A DNA stretch of 30,390 nt from positions 1 through 30,390 of the IMG/VR virus record IMGVR_UViG_3300049023_000048; one strand, 5' to 3'. This document shows, piece by piece, positions 22,784 through 30,390 of this stretch. This DNA is from a virus (Duplodnaviria; Caudoviricetes). The notes beneath the pieces are model-generated. The model worked only from the letters and a program-made list of their open reading frames with translations, was not told where the DNA came from and did not search any database. Both the position numbers and the translations under genes were made by a program. How positions within the stretch are numbered: the stretch's first letter is position 1; each line of letters begins with the position of its first letter.

Positions 22784-25053
22784 GCGTCGTTGGCCGCGTC
22801 AGTCGTGATGTAGAGAAGGATCGCCATCAGCCGCGCATCGACTGCCATGGTGTCGCTGCCGTTGCCGGTAACGCGAGACACGCGGAAGTGCAGAAGATCC
22901 TCGGCGGCTGGCGAACCGCCGACGGTGATCGCGCTCGACTCCGGACTCACATACTGGTCATCAGTCGTGCCGCCGGTGTCGGTGCTCGTCTGCGCTGTCC
23001 CGTAGGCTGTGGCCATCGCATCGTCATTCGACAGCGCCACCGCCTGCAGATCCCACACGACGCCGAAATTCGTCGTTGTGCTCGGGTGACTCCACACCGC
23101 TTGAAACGTGACCGTGCCCTCGTTCCAACTCTTTGGCATCGGCACCGCGAACTGCGCATACTCCTGCGTCGTCGCGTCGAATGGCAGGTAGACGATGTCG
23201 GGCTGATTGGCGCCACTGGCCACCGAGGCTAGTGCGCCGCACCCGCCGCTGACGCTTGGCTGCATCGCGGCCGCCATGATCGGCACCATGTGGCGCCCGA
23301 CCGGCGACGAGCCGGCTGCGGATGGCCCGATCGGCACGAAGTCCCAGGTCAGCGCGTCGACTTTCAGCAGCAGGCCGCGTTCGTACTGCGCGAGCGTCAG
23401 GTCGCTACCCGGTGCGTTGACGGTCACACCCGTGTCGCCAACCAAGGTGAGCGCGCCGGCGCCGGAGGCGGCCACTGGAATCAGCGTGCCCAGCTCGAAC
23501 GGAACCTCTACGTTGGTGGGGATGGTCAGCGTTTGCGCCCCGGCGTTTCCGATGCGCACCGACTTGTCGACGTCGGCCATGACCAGCTTGTATGTGGTGC
23601 CGGTCTGCTGGTTGACAGGCCGGCGCTCCACCGGCTTGACGCCCATGGTGCGCGGCTTCTGGATCTGGTTGATCGCCTCGAGGAATGCTTGCGCGATGAC
23701 CGCGTGCCCGCTGTCGTCGGGATGAACGCCATCGGTGTCGAGATCGGTTGAAGGGTTGAGCCGCGAGGCGGAATCCACCAACGCCACGTTCAGACCATCG
23801 GCCGCCAGCGTCTCCACGTTCTGCCGGATCATGTCGTTGAATATCGCGACGACGGCATCGCTTCCGCCGCTCGCCACATACCCGGCCGACGTGAAGCGCG
23901 GCACGTTGCCGACCCACAGATTTGGACCGTCCTTCGTGCGGTGCCCCTGATTGCCGGACACCCACAGCACATACACAGGGTTACCGCTGGATGCAGTGCC
24001 CACGGTGATCACCACAGAGTGCGAACCCTCCGACAGACCAGGGATGCGGATCAGCGCCGGCATGAACGTGCGACCGTTCACGCTGGTGATGGTTGTGCTG
24101 TTTCCGGGCATGCACTGATACGTGCCCTTCACCACGCCATCGACCGAAACGGTAAACGTGGCGTTGATGGCGTTCTGCAGGATCGTGCAGACGTAGGCGA
24201 CGGTCCCGTACGTCGTGAAGGTGGCCGTCGACGCCGGCACGATCGACTGGATGCCAAGTGCCCCGCCGTACTCGGCGTTGTTTGTCCAGGTGCCAGTAAC
24301 CGAATCGCGGCCTTGACCCTTCTGCTTGCGCGCCTCCGGTATGGCAAGCCATGCGGCCAGCGCCATGTGGCCCACCTTGAATGCGCCTTGCCGGTACGTG
24401 TTGGTGGTGTATGTGCGCTGGTCGTTTGTGCCGAGCATCAACGTGCACTGATGACCATCGCCGATTGATTCGGCAAAGACGTCGTCGGCGTGATCGGCGA
24501 CCATGTCGCCACTCGTGCCGTGATTGGTGGCTGTCCAACCGCGGCCGCTGGCGATCAGCGAAACATACTCGTTCGCGCCGGAGCTGGCACCAGTTCCGTC
24601 GGTGATGGAGTCGCCGAAGGCATCGAAAGCCGTCGCGCTGTTGAAGGCAGCGGCGCTCGAGCTTGCGGCTGCAGCCCCGCCGATCAGGCTGAAGAGCCCG
24701 AACTCGTCGTGACGGTAGTCGACCACTGCGGTGATCTGACCTCCCGACGTGGTGACCTTGGCGACTCGCGCGTACGTCGCCTCGTCATCCCAGTTCGTTG
24801 TTGTGGTCGCGTCGGTGATCGCGCCAGTCGTGAGGTTTGCCACGACGTAATTCGTCGTGTTGTCTGCGAGCGTGGTGGTGGTCGCCGCCTTGACGGTGTC
24901 TTTGAAAATTCCACCCATGAGGCCGTAGACCAAGCCGCTGCTGCCATCCTTGTTGAAGGCGTAGAGCGACAAGCCGGCCATGGCCTCGAAGTTCTCATTC
25001 ACCTTGGTCCATGGCGCCGTGTCACCGCTGGCCCATTGCTGGAAGTTGCTCAT
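22780..25053 (-). CDS. Tail spike/fibre with central SGNH esterase domain
   Basis: Virion-anchor-like N-terminus; FGDSIT, GTSG, LGTND, DGVHPDDSGH; TYKLVMAD...LTIP fibre segment. Confidence 0.8.
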   Translation of the reverse strand: MSNFQQWASGDTAPWTKVNENFEAMAGLSLYAFNKDGSSGLVYGLMGGIFKDTVKAATTTTLADNTTNYVVANLTTGAITDATTTTNWDDEATYARVAKVTTSGGQITAVVDYRHDEFGLFSLIGGAAAASSSAAAFNSATAFDAFGDSITDGTGASSGANEYVSLIASGRGWTATNHGTSGDMVADHADDVFAESIGDGHQCTLMLGTNDQRTYTTNTYRQGAFKVGHMALAAWLAIPEARKQKGQGRDSVTGTWTNNAEYGGALGIQSIVPASTATFTTYGTVAYVCTILQNAINATFTVSVDGVVKGTYQCMPGNSTTITSVNGRTFMPALIRIPGLSEGSHSVVITVGTASSGNPVYVLWVSGNQGHRTKDGPNLWVGNVPRFTSAGYVASGGSDAVVAIFNDMIRQNVETLAADGLNVALVDSASRLNPSTDLDTDGVHPDDSGHAVIAQAFLEAINQIQKPRTMGVKPVERRPVNQQTGTTYKLVMADVDKSVRIGNAGAQTLTIPTNVEVPFELGTLIPVAASGAGALTLVGDTGVTVNAPGSDLTLAQYERGLLLKVDALTWDFVPIGPSAAGSSPVGRHMVPIMAAAMQPSVSGGCGALASVASGANQPDIVYLPFDATTQEYAQFAVPMPKSWNEGTVTFQAVWSHPSTTTNFGVVWDLQAVALSNDDAMATAYGTAQTSTDTGGTTDDQYVSPESSAITVGGSPAAEDLLHFRVSRVTGNGSDTMAVDARLMAILLYITTDAANDA

Positions 25054-27959
25054 ACGCTCTTTCTGAATCCGTAGCCGCGGCCGACGGTCTGCGAAACTTG
25101 AAAGACCTCGCTATCGAGCGCGCCGGCCGAAACTGGTGCGCCAAAGTCGGCGGTCTGTTGGGCGGCGCTGTAGGCGACGCTTTCGCTGGTCGCACTGAGC
25201 GTGCGAACCACGTTGCCCGCGTTGTAGATGTCCACTTGGTAGGCCTCGCTGTCTTCACCCAGCGGCGCCAATGTGCCGCCCGGGCCGCCGTAGCGCACCA
25301 GCAAGCGCGTTCGCCGTGCCCACGTGAACGTGACGTTGCCTGACGTGTCGCGATCAGCGCGTAGCTGCGTCGGTGCGAATGGCTTCAGACCAATCGCCTG
25401 GTGCGTGTGCGCCACCCCTGCGGACGAGGTGAGCGCCGCACCCAGAGTGATGCCCTTGTAGAAGCGCTCCAGTCCGATTTCTGCTGAGGTCCCGGGCGCG
25501 CGGATCATGCCGGCGGTGCGCAGCATCACGAAGCGGTCGCCAACGGCGTGGCCATCAACGAATGATTCGGTGCCTCGGAGCCCACGCAGAAAGCCACTCA
25601 GCATGTAGACGCCGGGCGACAGAAGCGCCGCCGTGCGGAACCGCAGGTATTCCCACCCGCTGCCGCTGGCAAGCGCCATCAGGTTGATCGTTGCGTCGGC
25701 CTGCATGGCAGCCCGCGTGGAGCTCGAAAGCGCGGCGCTGGATGAAACAGTCACCGTGCTGACCTCGTCCCATACGTATGGGTTGGCCACATCCGCAAGC
25801 GCAGTCGTCGCGGTGCCGCCTATCGCCTGTGATGGGACATCACCAACGGTGGTGAAGGTCACGCCATCAAGTGACTTGAAGACGCGCGAGCCGGAGCCTG
25901 TGCCGCTGCTGATTCGCGTCGCCGCGTACATGCCGGCATCGTTGTCCTCGTCGCGCAGGATCGGCCCGTCGATGAGCTGCAAGAATGTGACGCCAGGCAC
26001 GTCGACGGAAACTGCCGGCTCACCATCTGCCGGTGCGATGCCGGCATCCACCAGGGTGTTGGGGTCGTCGAGAACCGTTTCGCACTGCATGACCCAATCG
26101 GTGAATGCCATGCGAACGATGCGTGCCCGATAGCTGGTGCCGTCGATGTCGTTGAGCGTGATGACGTCAGTCGGCGTGCGCGCAATGTGGGCCACCGTCA
26201 GGTTGGCATTGCCGTTGTGCGCGCCGACTCGGGCATCGGCAGCGTATGAGTCGGCACGGCCTTTTGCCTGCGAAGGCGTCATGACCACTGCGCCCTGCAC
26301 TTGGCGCACCTCGCTCGATGCGCCCACGAGGCGATCGGACATCACAGATCCCATTTCGTGATCGCGCGTGACATCGGGGAAGCTCACTGCGTAGAACGCC
26401 GGCACCGCAAGTTCGTCTGCACGGTCCATACCGTTGAACGGCTCGCCGGGCTCGTTGACGCTGGCGCCTGTTTCTTCGTAGGCGATCGTTGCAGCGGACG
26501 CACCGCCGCGTCGAACGAAACGGATCTTGTCGTCGCAAAACGCCTCGAAGTAGAAGATCACGGCCAGTTCTTCGAGAGTCGGGCGTGCGGCCTTGCTGGT
26601 GGCGTATCCCGTGACGTCAATGCCCACCAAGTCCGTCACGTCGATTTGCCCCGCGCTCAGGCCCACGCGCTGGCACTCGGCCGTGACGATGTCGGCCAGG
26701 TCCACAGGCAGGATGACGGCGCCAGCGCCCGGCATGTCCAGCGCCGAATAGAACGTGTCGCCGCAGTTGCCTTCGGTGTCGATGCTCAACGACTCGACCG
26801 TGAAGAACGCGGCATCCAACCCTGGCACGTTCTGTTCGTCGACCACTGCGCCGGTGGCCAGGTTTATCAAGCGCACGAGCGAGTTGCCTGCGCCATCAAT
26901 GAGGTCGCACTGAAACTCATACCAGGTGAGCATTTGCAGCGCTGCGGCGCCGAGCGTGACCTCGACCAGGTTGATGAAGACATGGCACCGCTGCAGCGGA
27001 TCGACCGCTGCCTCCCGACGCGGCACGATGGAGAACTTGAGCTGAGACGCGCCATCGAAGACGCCGAACTCGCCAGCGTCGTCAGTGAGCTGAGCGAACA
27101 TCATGAACTTGACACGCATGCCGGTGACGTTGGCAATGGGAAAGGATTTGGTGATCTCCTTCACCCCGAGCCCATCCGCACCACGCCCAAGCGCCTCGAT
27201 GAATGGCCCGTATTCGCCATCGCCGCTGTTGAAGAAACCGAGGATGTCGCCGGTCCATGCGTGCACGCCATCAGCAAAGTTGTCGCTGTGGCCAGCCACG
27301 GACGCGCTGCCTGCGGTGAACAACTCCACTTCGATCAGAGGTGGCTGTCCACTCGTGCCGACATCCAGCCCCTGTATTCCGATCGTCGTGCGATGGCGGT
27401 ATGCGGGCGCGTTGCCGATGCCGACGGCGGCCTCGTAGACCGACCATGGCAATTGCGCGGCGTTGCCATCGAACAGTGAAATCGACTGCCAGGCGGGTGT
27501 GGTGTTGCTGTTGACGATTGCAGTGATGAACTGCTGAAATTTCGTCGGGTTGGCGTCCGCCGGCGGCGCCTGCACGTTGTAAACCAGCTTCTTGTTCAGC
27601 CAGACGCGCGAGATCCCAACCGCCTGCGTGTCGATCGCGCAGCCGAGCAAAATGTCGATCGTGTAGGTCGTTGTCGTGACCTCGGCGCCGCCGCCCTTGC
27701 CCTGTTCTTCGGTGTTCTCGTGCGGCTGCAGATCGCTGACCCAAATCGGCGCGACGCTCACTCGGTTCAGTCCGTACAAACGCAGCAGCGGGGTTCCGTA
27801 CTGCAGCTTGGGGGCGGTGAGGTTGTCGAGGCGCGCGCCATCGATCTTTTCCGATGGCACCAGGAAGCCACCGAGCGCGAAACCGATCTGCGCGCCGTAC
27901 GGCCCGCCGATGAGAAATCCTACGTAGGCTGCGGCGGCGCGGACGACGAGCTCCGCCAT
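25050..27959 (-). CDS. GTA-like central tail fibre / host-specificity protein (Phage-tail_3)
   Basis: YGTPLLRLYG, PAYR, KIRFVRRG, EYLRF, LRGLRGTE, W.RRTR, VGRGY. Confidence 0.85.
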   Translation of the reverse strand: MAELVVRAAAAYVGFLIGGPYGAQIGFALGGFLVPSEKIDGARLDNLTAPKLQYGTPLLRLYGLNRVSVAPIWVSDLQPHENTEEQGKGGGAEVTTTTYTIDILLGCAIDTQAVGISRVWLNKKLVYNVQAPPADANPTKFQQFITAIVNSNTTPAWQSISLFDGNAAQLPWSVYEAAVGIGNAPAYRHRTTIGIQGLDVGTSGQPPLIEVELFTAGSASVAGHSDNFADGVHAWTGDILGFFNSGDGEYGPFIEALGRGADGLGVKEITKSFPIANVTGMRVKFMMFAQLTDDAGEFGVFDGASQLKFSIVPRREAAVDPLQRCHVFINLVEVTLGAAALQMLTWYEFQCDLIDGAGNSLVRLINLATGAVVDEQNVPGLDAAFFTVESLSIDTEGNCGDTFYSALDMPGAGAVILPVDLADIVTAECQRVGLSAGQIDVTDLVGIDVTGYATSKAARPTLEELAVIFYFEAFCDDKIRFVRRGGASAATIAYEETGASVNEPGEPFNGMDRADELAVPAFYAVSFPDVTRDHEMGSVMSDRLVGASSEVRQVQGAVVMTPSQAKGRADSYAADARVGAHNGNANLTVAHIARTPTDVITLNDIDGTSYRARIVRMAFTDWVMQCETVLDDPNTLVDAGIAPADGEPAVSVDVPGVTFLQLIDGPILRDEDNDAGMYAATRISSGTGSGSRVFKSLDGVTFTTVGDVPSQAIGGTATTALADVANPYVWDEVSTVTVSSSAALSSSTRAAMQADATINLMALASGSGWEYLRFRTAALLSPGVYMLSGFLRGLRGTESFVDGHAVGDRFVMLRTAGMIRAPGTSAEIGLERFYKGITLGAALTSSAGVAHTHQAIGLKPFAPTQLRADRDTSGNVTFTWARRTRLLVRYGGPGGTLAPLGEDSEAYQVDIYNAGNVVRTLSATSESVAYSAAQQTADFGAPVSAGALDSEVFQVSQTVGRGYGFRKSV

Positions 27960-27960
27960 T

Positions 27961-28401
27961 TCAGTCCACCAGCCCCGGCACCGCGTAGGCCGCTACGAAG
28001 CGCATGGCGCGGCCAAACTCGATTCGCGTCTCGCTCACCTTGCGCGCGCGCACACTGTCGGCGTGAACCATTGCGAGGCCGCCACCGGGATAGTCCACCA
28101 CCACACCCATGTGCTGCGGCGGGCCCTTCTGCCAAGCCACCAACACGACATCTGCAGGGCGCATGTCCGATTGGGACACGGGCTCCAGATGCTCATCGAG
28201 ATAGCCTTTGATCGACACACCGTCTGGGATCGCGGGATACCCGACCACGTCGAACGATCGCGGCTTGATATGGAAATGCCACATGCCACAGATCACTGGC
28301 CCGGGGCAGTCGAGGCCTACTCCAGGCACACGACCTTGATGGTGAACAGGTGTGCCCTTCATGCTGCGCACGTAGGCGACGAACTCGGCGCGCGTCGTCA
28401 T
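27961..28401 (-). CDS. NlpC/P60 tail peptidase
   Basis: GTPVHHQGRVPGVGLDC...QHMGV...MVHA. Confidence 0.88.
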   Translation of the reverse strand: MTTRAEFVAYVRSMKGTPVHHQGRVPGVGLDCPGPVICGMWHFHIKPRSFDVVGYPAIPDGVSIKGYLDEHLEPVSQSDMRPADVVLVAWQKGPPQHMGVVVDYPGGGLAMVHADSVRARKVSETRIEFGRAMRFVAAYAVPGLVD

Positions 28402-29243
28402 AGCGCACCCGCGAGGAAAGCGTCTACGCGTGCCTTGTGAGGCTCGCCACCGAAGTTGACGATGTTGTTGAACTTGGTTTTGCAGTCTTCGAGATCGCGT
28501 TTCCGACAGCCCACCACCGCCGTGTACGTGTCACCTGGCGTGATCGCGAATGGCGCAGGCAAAGCGAACGTGAAAACGTCTGCGGCGTAAGTGCGCACCA
28601 GAAGCCGATAGCCGGCGTTCAGGCCGCTGGTGAAAAGCACTTCACCGGCGCCAAAGTAGTCATTCACCTCGGTCCGTGTACTGTCCGTGAATGCGTAGCG
28701 CGAGGCCACCGACGTTGCGCTACCAGTGACGGTGAACGGCGCTCCAGTGATGTCGAGCGTGCATTTCGCGTCGCCGAGTCGGTAGCGGCAATCGGGCTGC
28801 AGCACGTCGGTCGTGTCGACCTGCAGCGCCTGGCGCAGGTCACGCAGCTCGGTGATGAACCTGCCTTCACGCGGCTTGAGATCGCCGAGCGTGCCGGTCA
28901 TGAACACCGCGGCGCCATCTGCTGGTGCCTTCCAGTTGAATACCGAGAGCGTGAACTGCGCGCTGTCCCAGAGGCCGGCCAGGATGTCCGGCCGCGTGAT
29001 GTCGTCGTCGGCGAGGATCTCGACCTCGGTGTTGTCCACGGCGAAGCCAGCGGACATCGCAATCGATTGGATCTGTATGCCCGGGGCGCTCAGGTAGTCG
29101 TTGCCGCCAAGCGCTACGTCCACGTCGTGCGTGGTCCAACGAAAAACAACCCCATCACCACGTGTGACCACGATCGCCCACGCGAGCGTTGGCATCGCGC
29201 TTTGCGCGTTCAGCAGCAGATTTGCGCCAACGCTGCGCGTCAT
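28398..29243 (-). CDS. DUF2163/BR0599 baseplate hub protein
   Basis: R.DG..F.WTTHD, GLWDSA, CRYRLGDAKC, GCRK...CKTKFNNIVNFGGEP. Confidence 0.9.
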   Translation of the reverse strand: MTRSVGANLLLNAQSAMPTLAWAIVVTRGDGVVFRWTTHDVDVALGGNDYLSAPGIQIQSIAMSAGFAVDNTEVEILADDDITRPDILAGLWDSAQFTLSVFNWKAPADGAAVFMTGTLGDLKPREGRFITELRDLRQALQVDTTDVLQPDCRYRLGDAKCTLDITGAPFTVTGSATSVASRYAFTDSTRTEVNDYFGAGEVLFTSGLNAGYRLLVRTYAADVFTFALPAPFAITPGDTYTAVVGCRKRDLEDCKTKFNNIVNFGGEPHKARVDAFLAGAL

Positions 29244-29839
29244 AGCCGCAGCTCTTCCAGCTTGATGCTGGGCAGTGATTGCAGCGGTAGGTCGATGGTG
29301 CCGTCCCACTCGATGTTTTCGAGCGTGTCATCCTCGAACGTCACTGGCACGTCGAATGTGCCTGTCCACCCTGCCGGTGTGCCGCCACTGACGCCGGTGG
29401 CGATGCCGGTTGTGGTGCTGATCGTCGCAGTCAATGCGGTGCCACCTGACGTGCGGAGCACAGCGTCGGCGTTGGGCTTGCTGATGACCCGGTCGAAGTT
29501 GACACCCCCGAACGAATAGCGCCTGCAGAGCTGATACGCGCCGCCGCCAAGATTCACGACATGAGTTTTCTCCAGCGTCGCGATGTAGTCGTTCCAGTCC
29601 TTCACCCGCAAGCCCTCGTAGGGCGTGAACATCACGACGTAGTAGGCGTTGCGGATTTCCTCGAAGTCTTCGTAGGTGCGGATGCCGTAGCTGATGTCAT
29701 AGCGCTGTAGCGGCCGGCTGTACTGCGGGATCTGCACGAGCCGGCCGTTTGGCACATAGCTCTTGATGCGCCGACCGGTCGGGCCGCCGCGGCTGCCGCG
29801 CATGATTGCGTCGCTGATTCGTGCTTCGAGGAACGTCAC
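29240..29839 (-). CDS. DUF2460 distal tail protein
   Basis: GSRGGP, RVKDWND, FDVPVTF, IKLEELR. Confidence 0.85.
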   Translation of the reverse strand: MTFLEARISDAIMRGSRGGPTGRRIKSYVPNGRLVQIPQYSRPLQRYDISYGIRTYEDFEEIRNAYYVVMFTPYEGLRVKDWNDYIATLEKTHVVNLGGGAYQLCRRYSFGGVNFDRVISKPNADAVLRTSGGTALTATISTTTGIATGVSGGTPAGWTGTFDVPVTFEDDTLENIEWDGTIDLPLQSLPSIKLEELRL

Positions 29840-29843
29840 GCTC

Positions 29844-30390
29844 TCACCCGTTCCTCGATCGAGCTAGCGCGATGCCATCGCCAACGCTGCGCCCTTGCTG
29901 AAGCAGCGTTTGCCGGCTCATGCCAGGCTGACCCTGGATCTGCACAACGACGTTCAGCGTGTCGCCGATCGTTCTTCCGCCAGCGTTGTTGCGATGGCGC
30001 GGGTCGCTTTCCGTGAGCACCTCTTCGCCCCTGCGCAAGATCGCCGGCACCTCTCCGATGACGCCGCCGCCGTGGTAACGCTGGGCGCCGGCAAACGCCA
30101 GCTGATCGACGGCACGTGTGCGGCCGCCACCGCCAACCACGCCGCCACCGTGGAACACGCCCAGGAACGCGCCTGCGCCTTCGGTGGCTGCGCTTGTGGC
30201 AGCTGCGCCTGTGGCTGCAGACAGAGCGGCCGTGAACGCTGCTGTGGCCGCTGCAGCTGCGGTATCGGCACTGATCCGTGCCGTCGTGGCCGTCGTGCTC
30301 GCCGTCTCGGCTGCGGCCGCGGCGCCCGCCGATGCGCTCAGCGCACTGAGTGCTGCTGTCGTTGCGGCCGCGGCGGCGGATTGCGCGGCA
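29844..30390 (-). CDS. Tape measure protein, C-terminal part (truncated by window)
   Basis: Frame stays open to the window edge; Ala/Thr-rich, then FHGGG...RYHGGG..GEVPAILRRGEEVLT. Confidence 0.85.
   Translation of the reverse strand, partial: AAQSAAAAATTAALSALSASAGAAAAAETASTTATTARISADTAAAAATAAFTAALSAATGAAATSAATEGAGAFLGVFHGGGVVGGGGRTRAVDQLAFAGAQRYHGGGVIGEVPAILRRGEEVLTESDPRHRNNAGGRTIGDTLNVVVQIQGQPGMSRQTLLQQGRSVGDGIALARSRNG

Noticed and set aside
22037-25053. Diversity-generating retroelement targeting tail genes
   Set aside because: No reverse transcriptase and no TR/VR pair seen in the window
26301-29519. Long plus-strand ORFs (392 aa, 360 aa) opposite tail genes
   Set aside because: Antisense shadows of well-supported minus-strand genes
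25050-29839. Gene transfer agent cluster
   Set aside because: GTA-like tail tip genes sit in a full phage with integrase, repressor, replication and lysis modules
30160-30390. Low-complexity GCN repeats
   Set aside because: Ala/Thr-rich coding sequence of the tape measure protein

Overview
About 30 kb of a GC-rich temperate siphovirus-like phage; the host is probably a Burkholderiales-type betaproteobacterium (inference). Phage genes continue on both sides of an intact attP (3' half of tRNA-Asp plus arm repeats), so the window looks like an excised/circular or virion genome rather than an integrated prophage. Left to right: candidate cos site and gpZ-like gene; RusA, DUF1376 replication gene and a multi-HTH gene; a cro/cI switch with four 14-bp operators and an antisense STAS/SEC14-like gene; a rightward early operon (RecE-like exonuclease, putative annealing protein, a structured CU-loop RNA); a mosaic accessory block at 10.4-13.9 kb; xis/int/attP; a moron block (C5 DNA methyltransferase with an overprinted second ORF, secreted SGNH esterase); Rz/Rz1 and a lambda-R-type endolysin preceded by a long run of small membrane/secreted genes; LamG and SGNH tail-spike genes; and a GTA-like tail tip ending in the tape measure C-terminus. 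The least explained signal is a pair of unrelated single-gene cassettes that share conserved, mutually inverted end sequences and are joined to their neighbours by micro-ORF translational relays. All family assignments come from motif recognition by eye; no searches were run.
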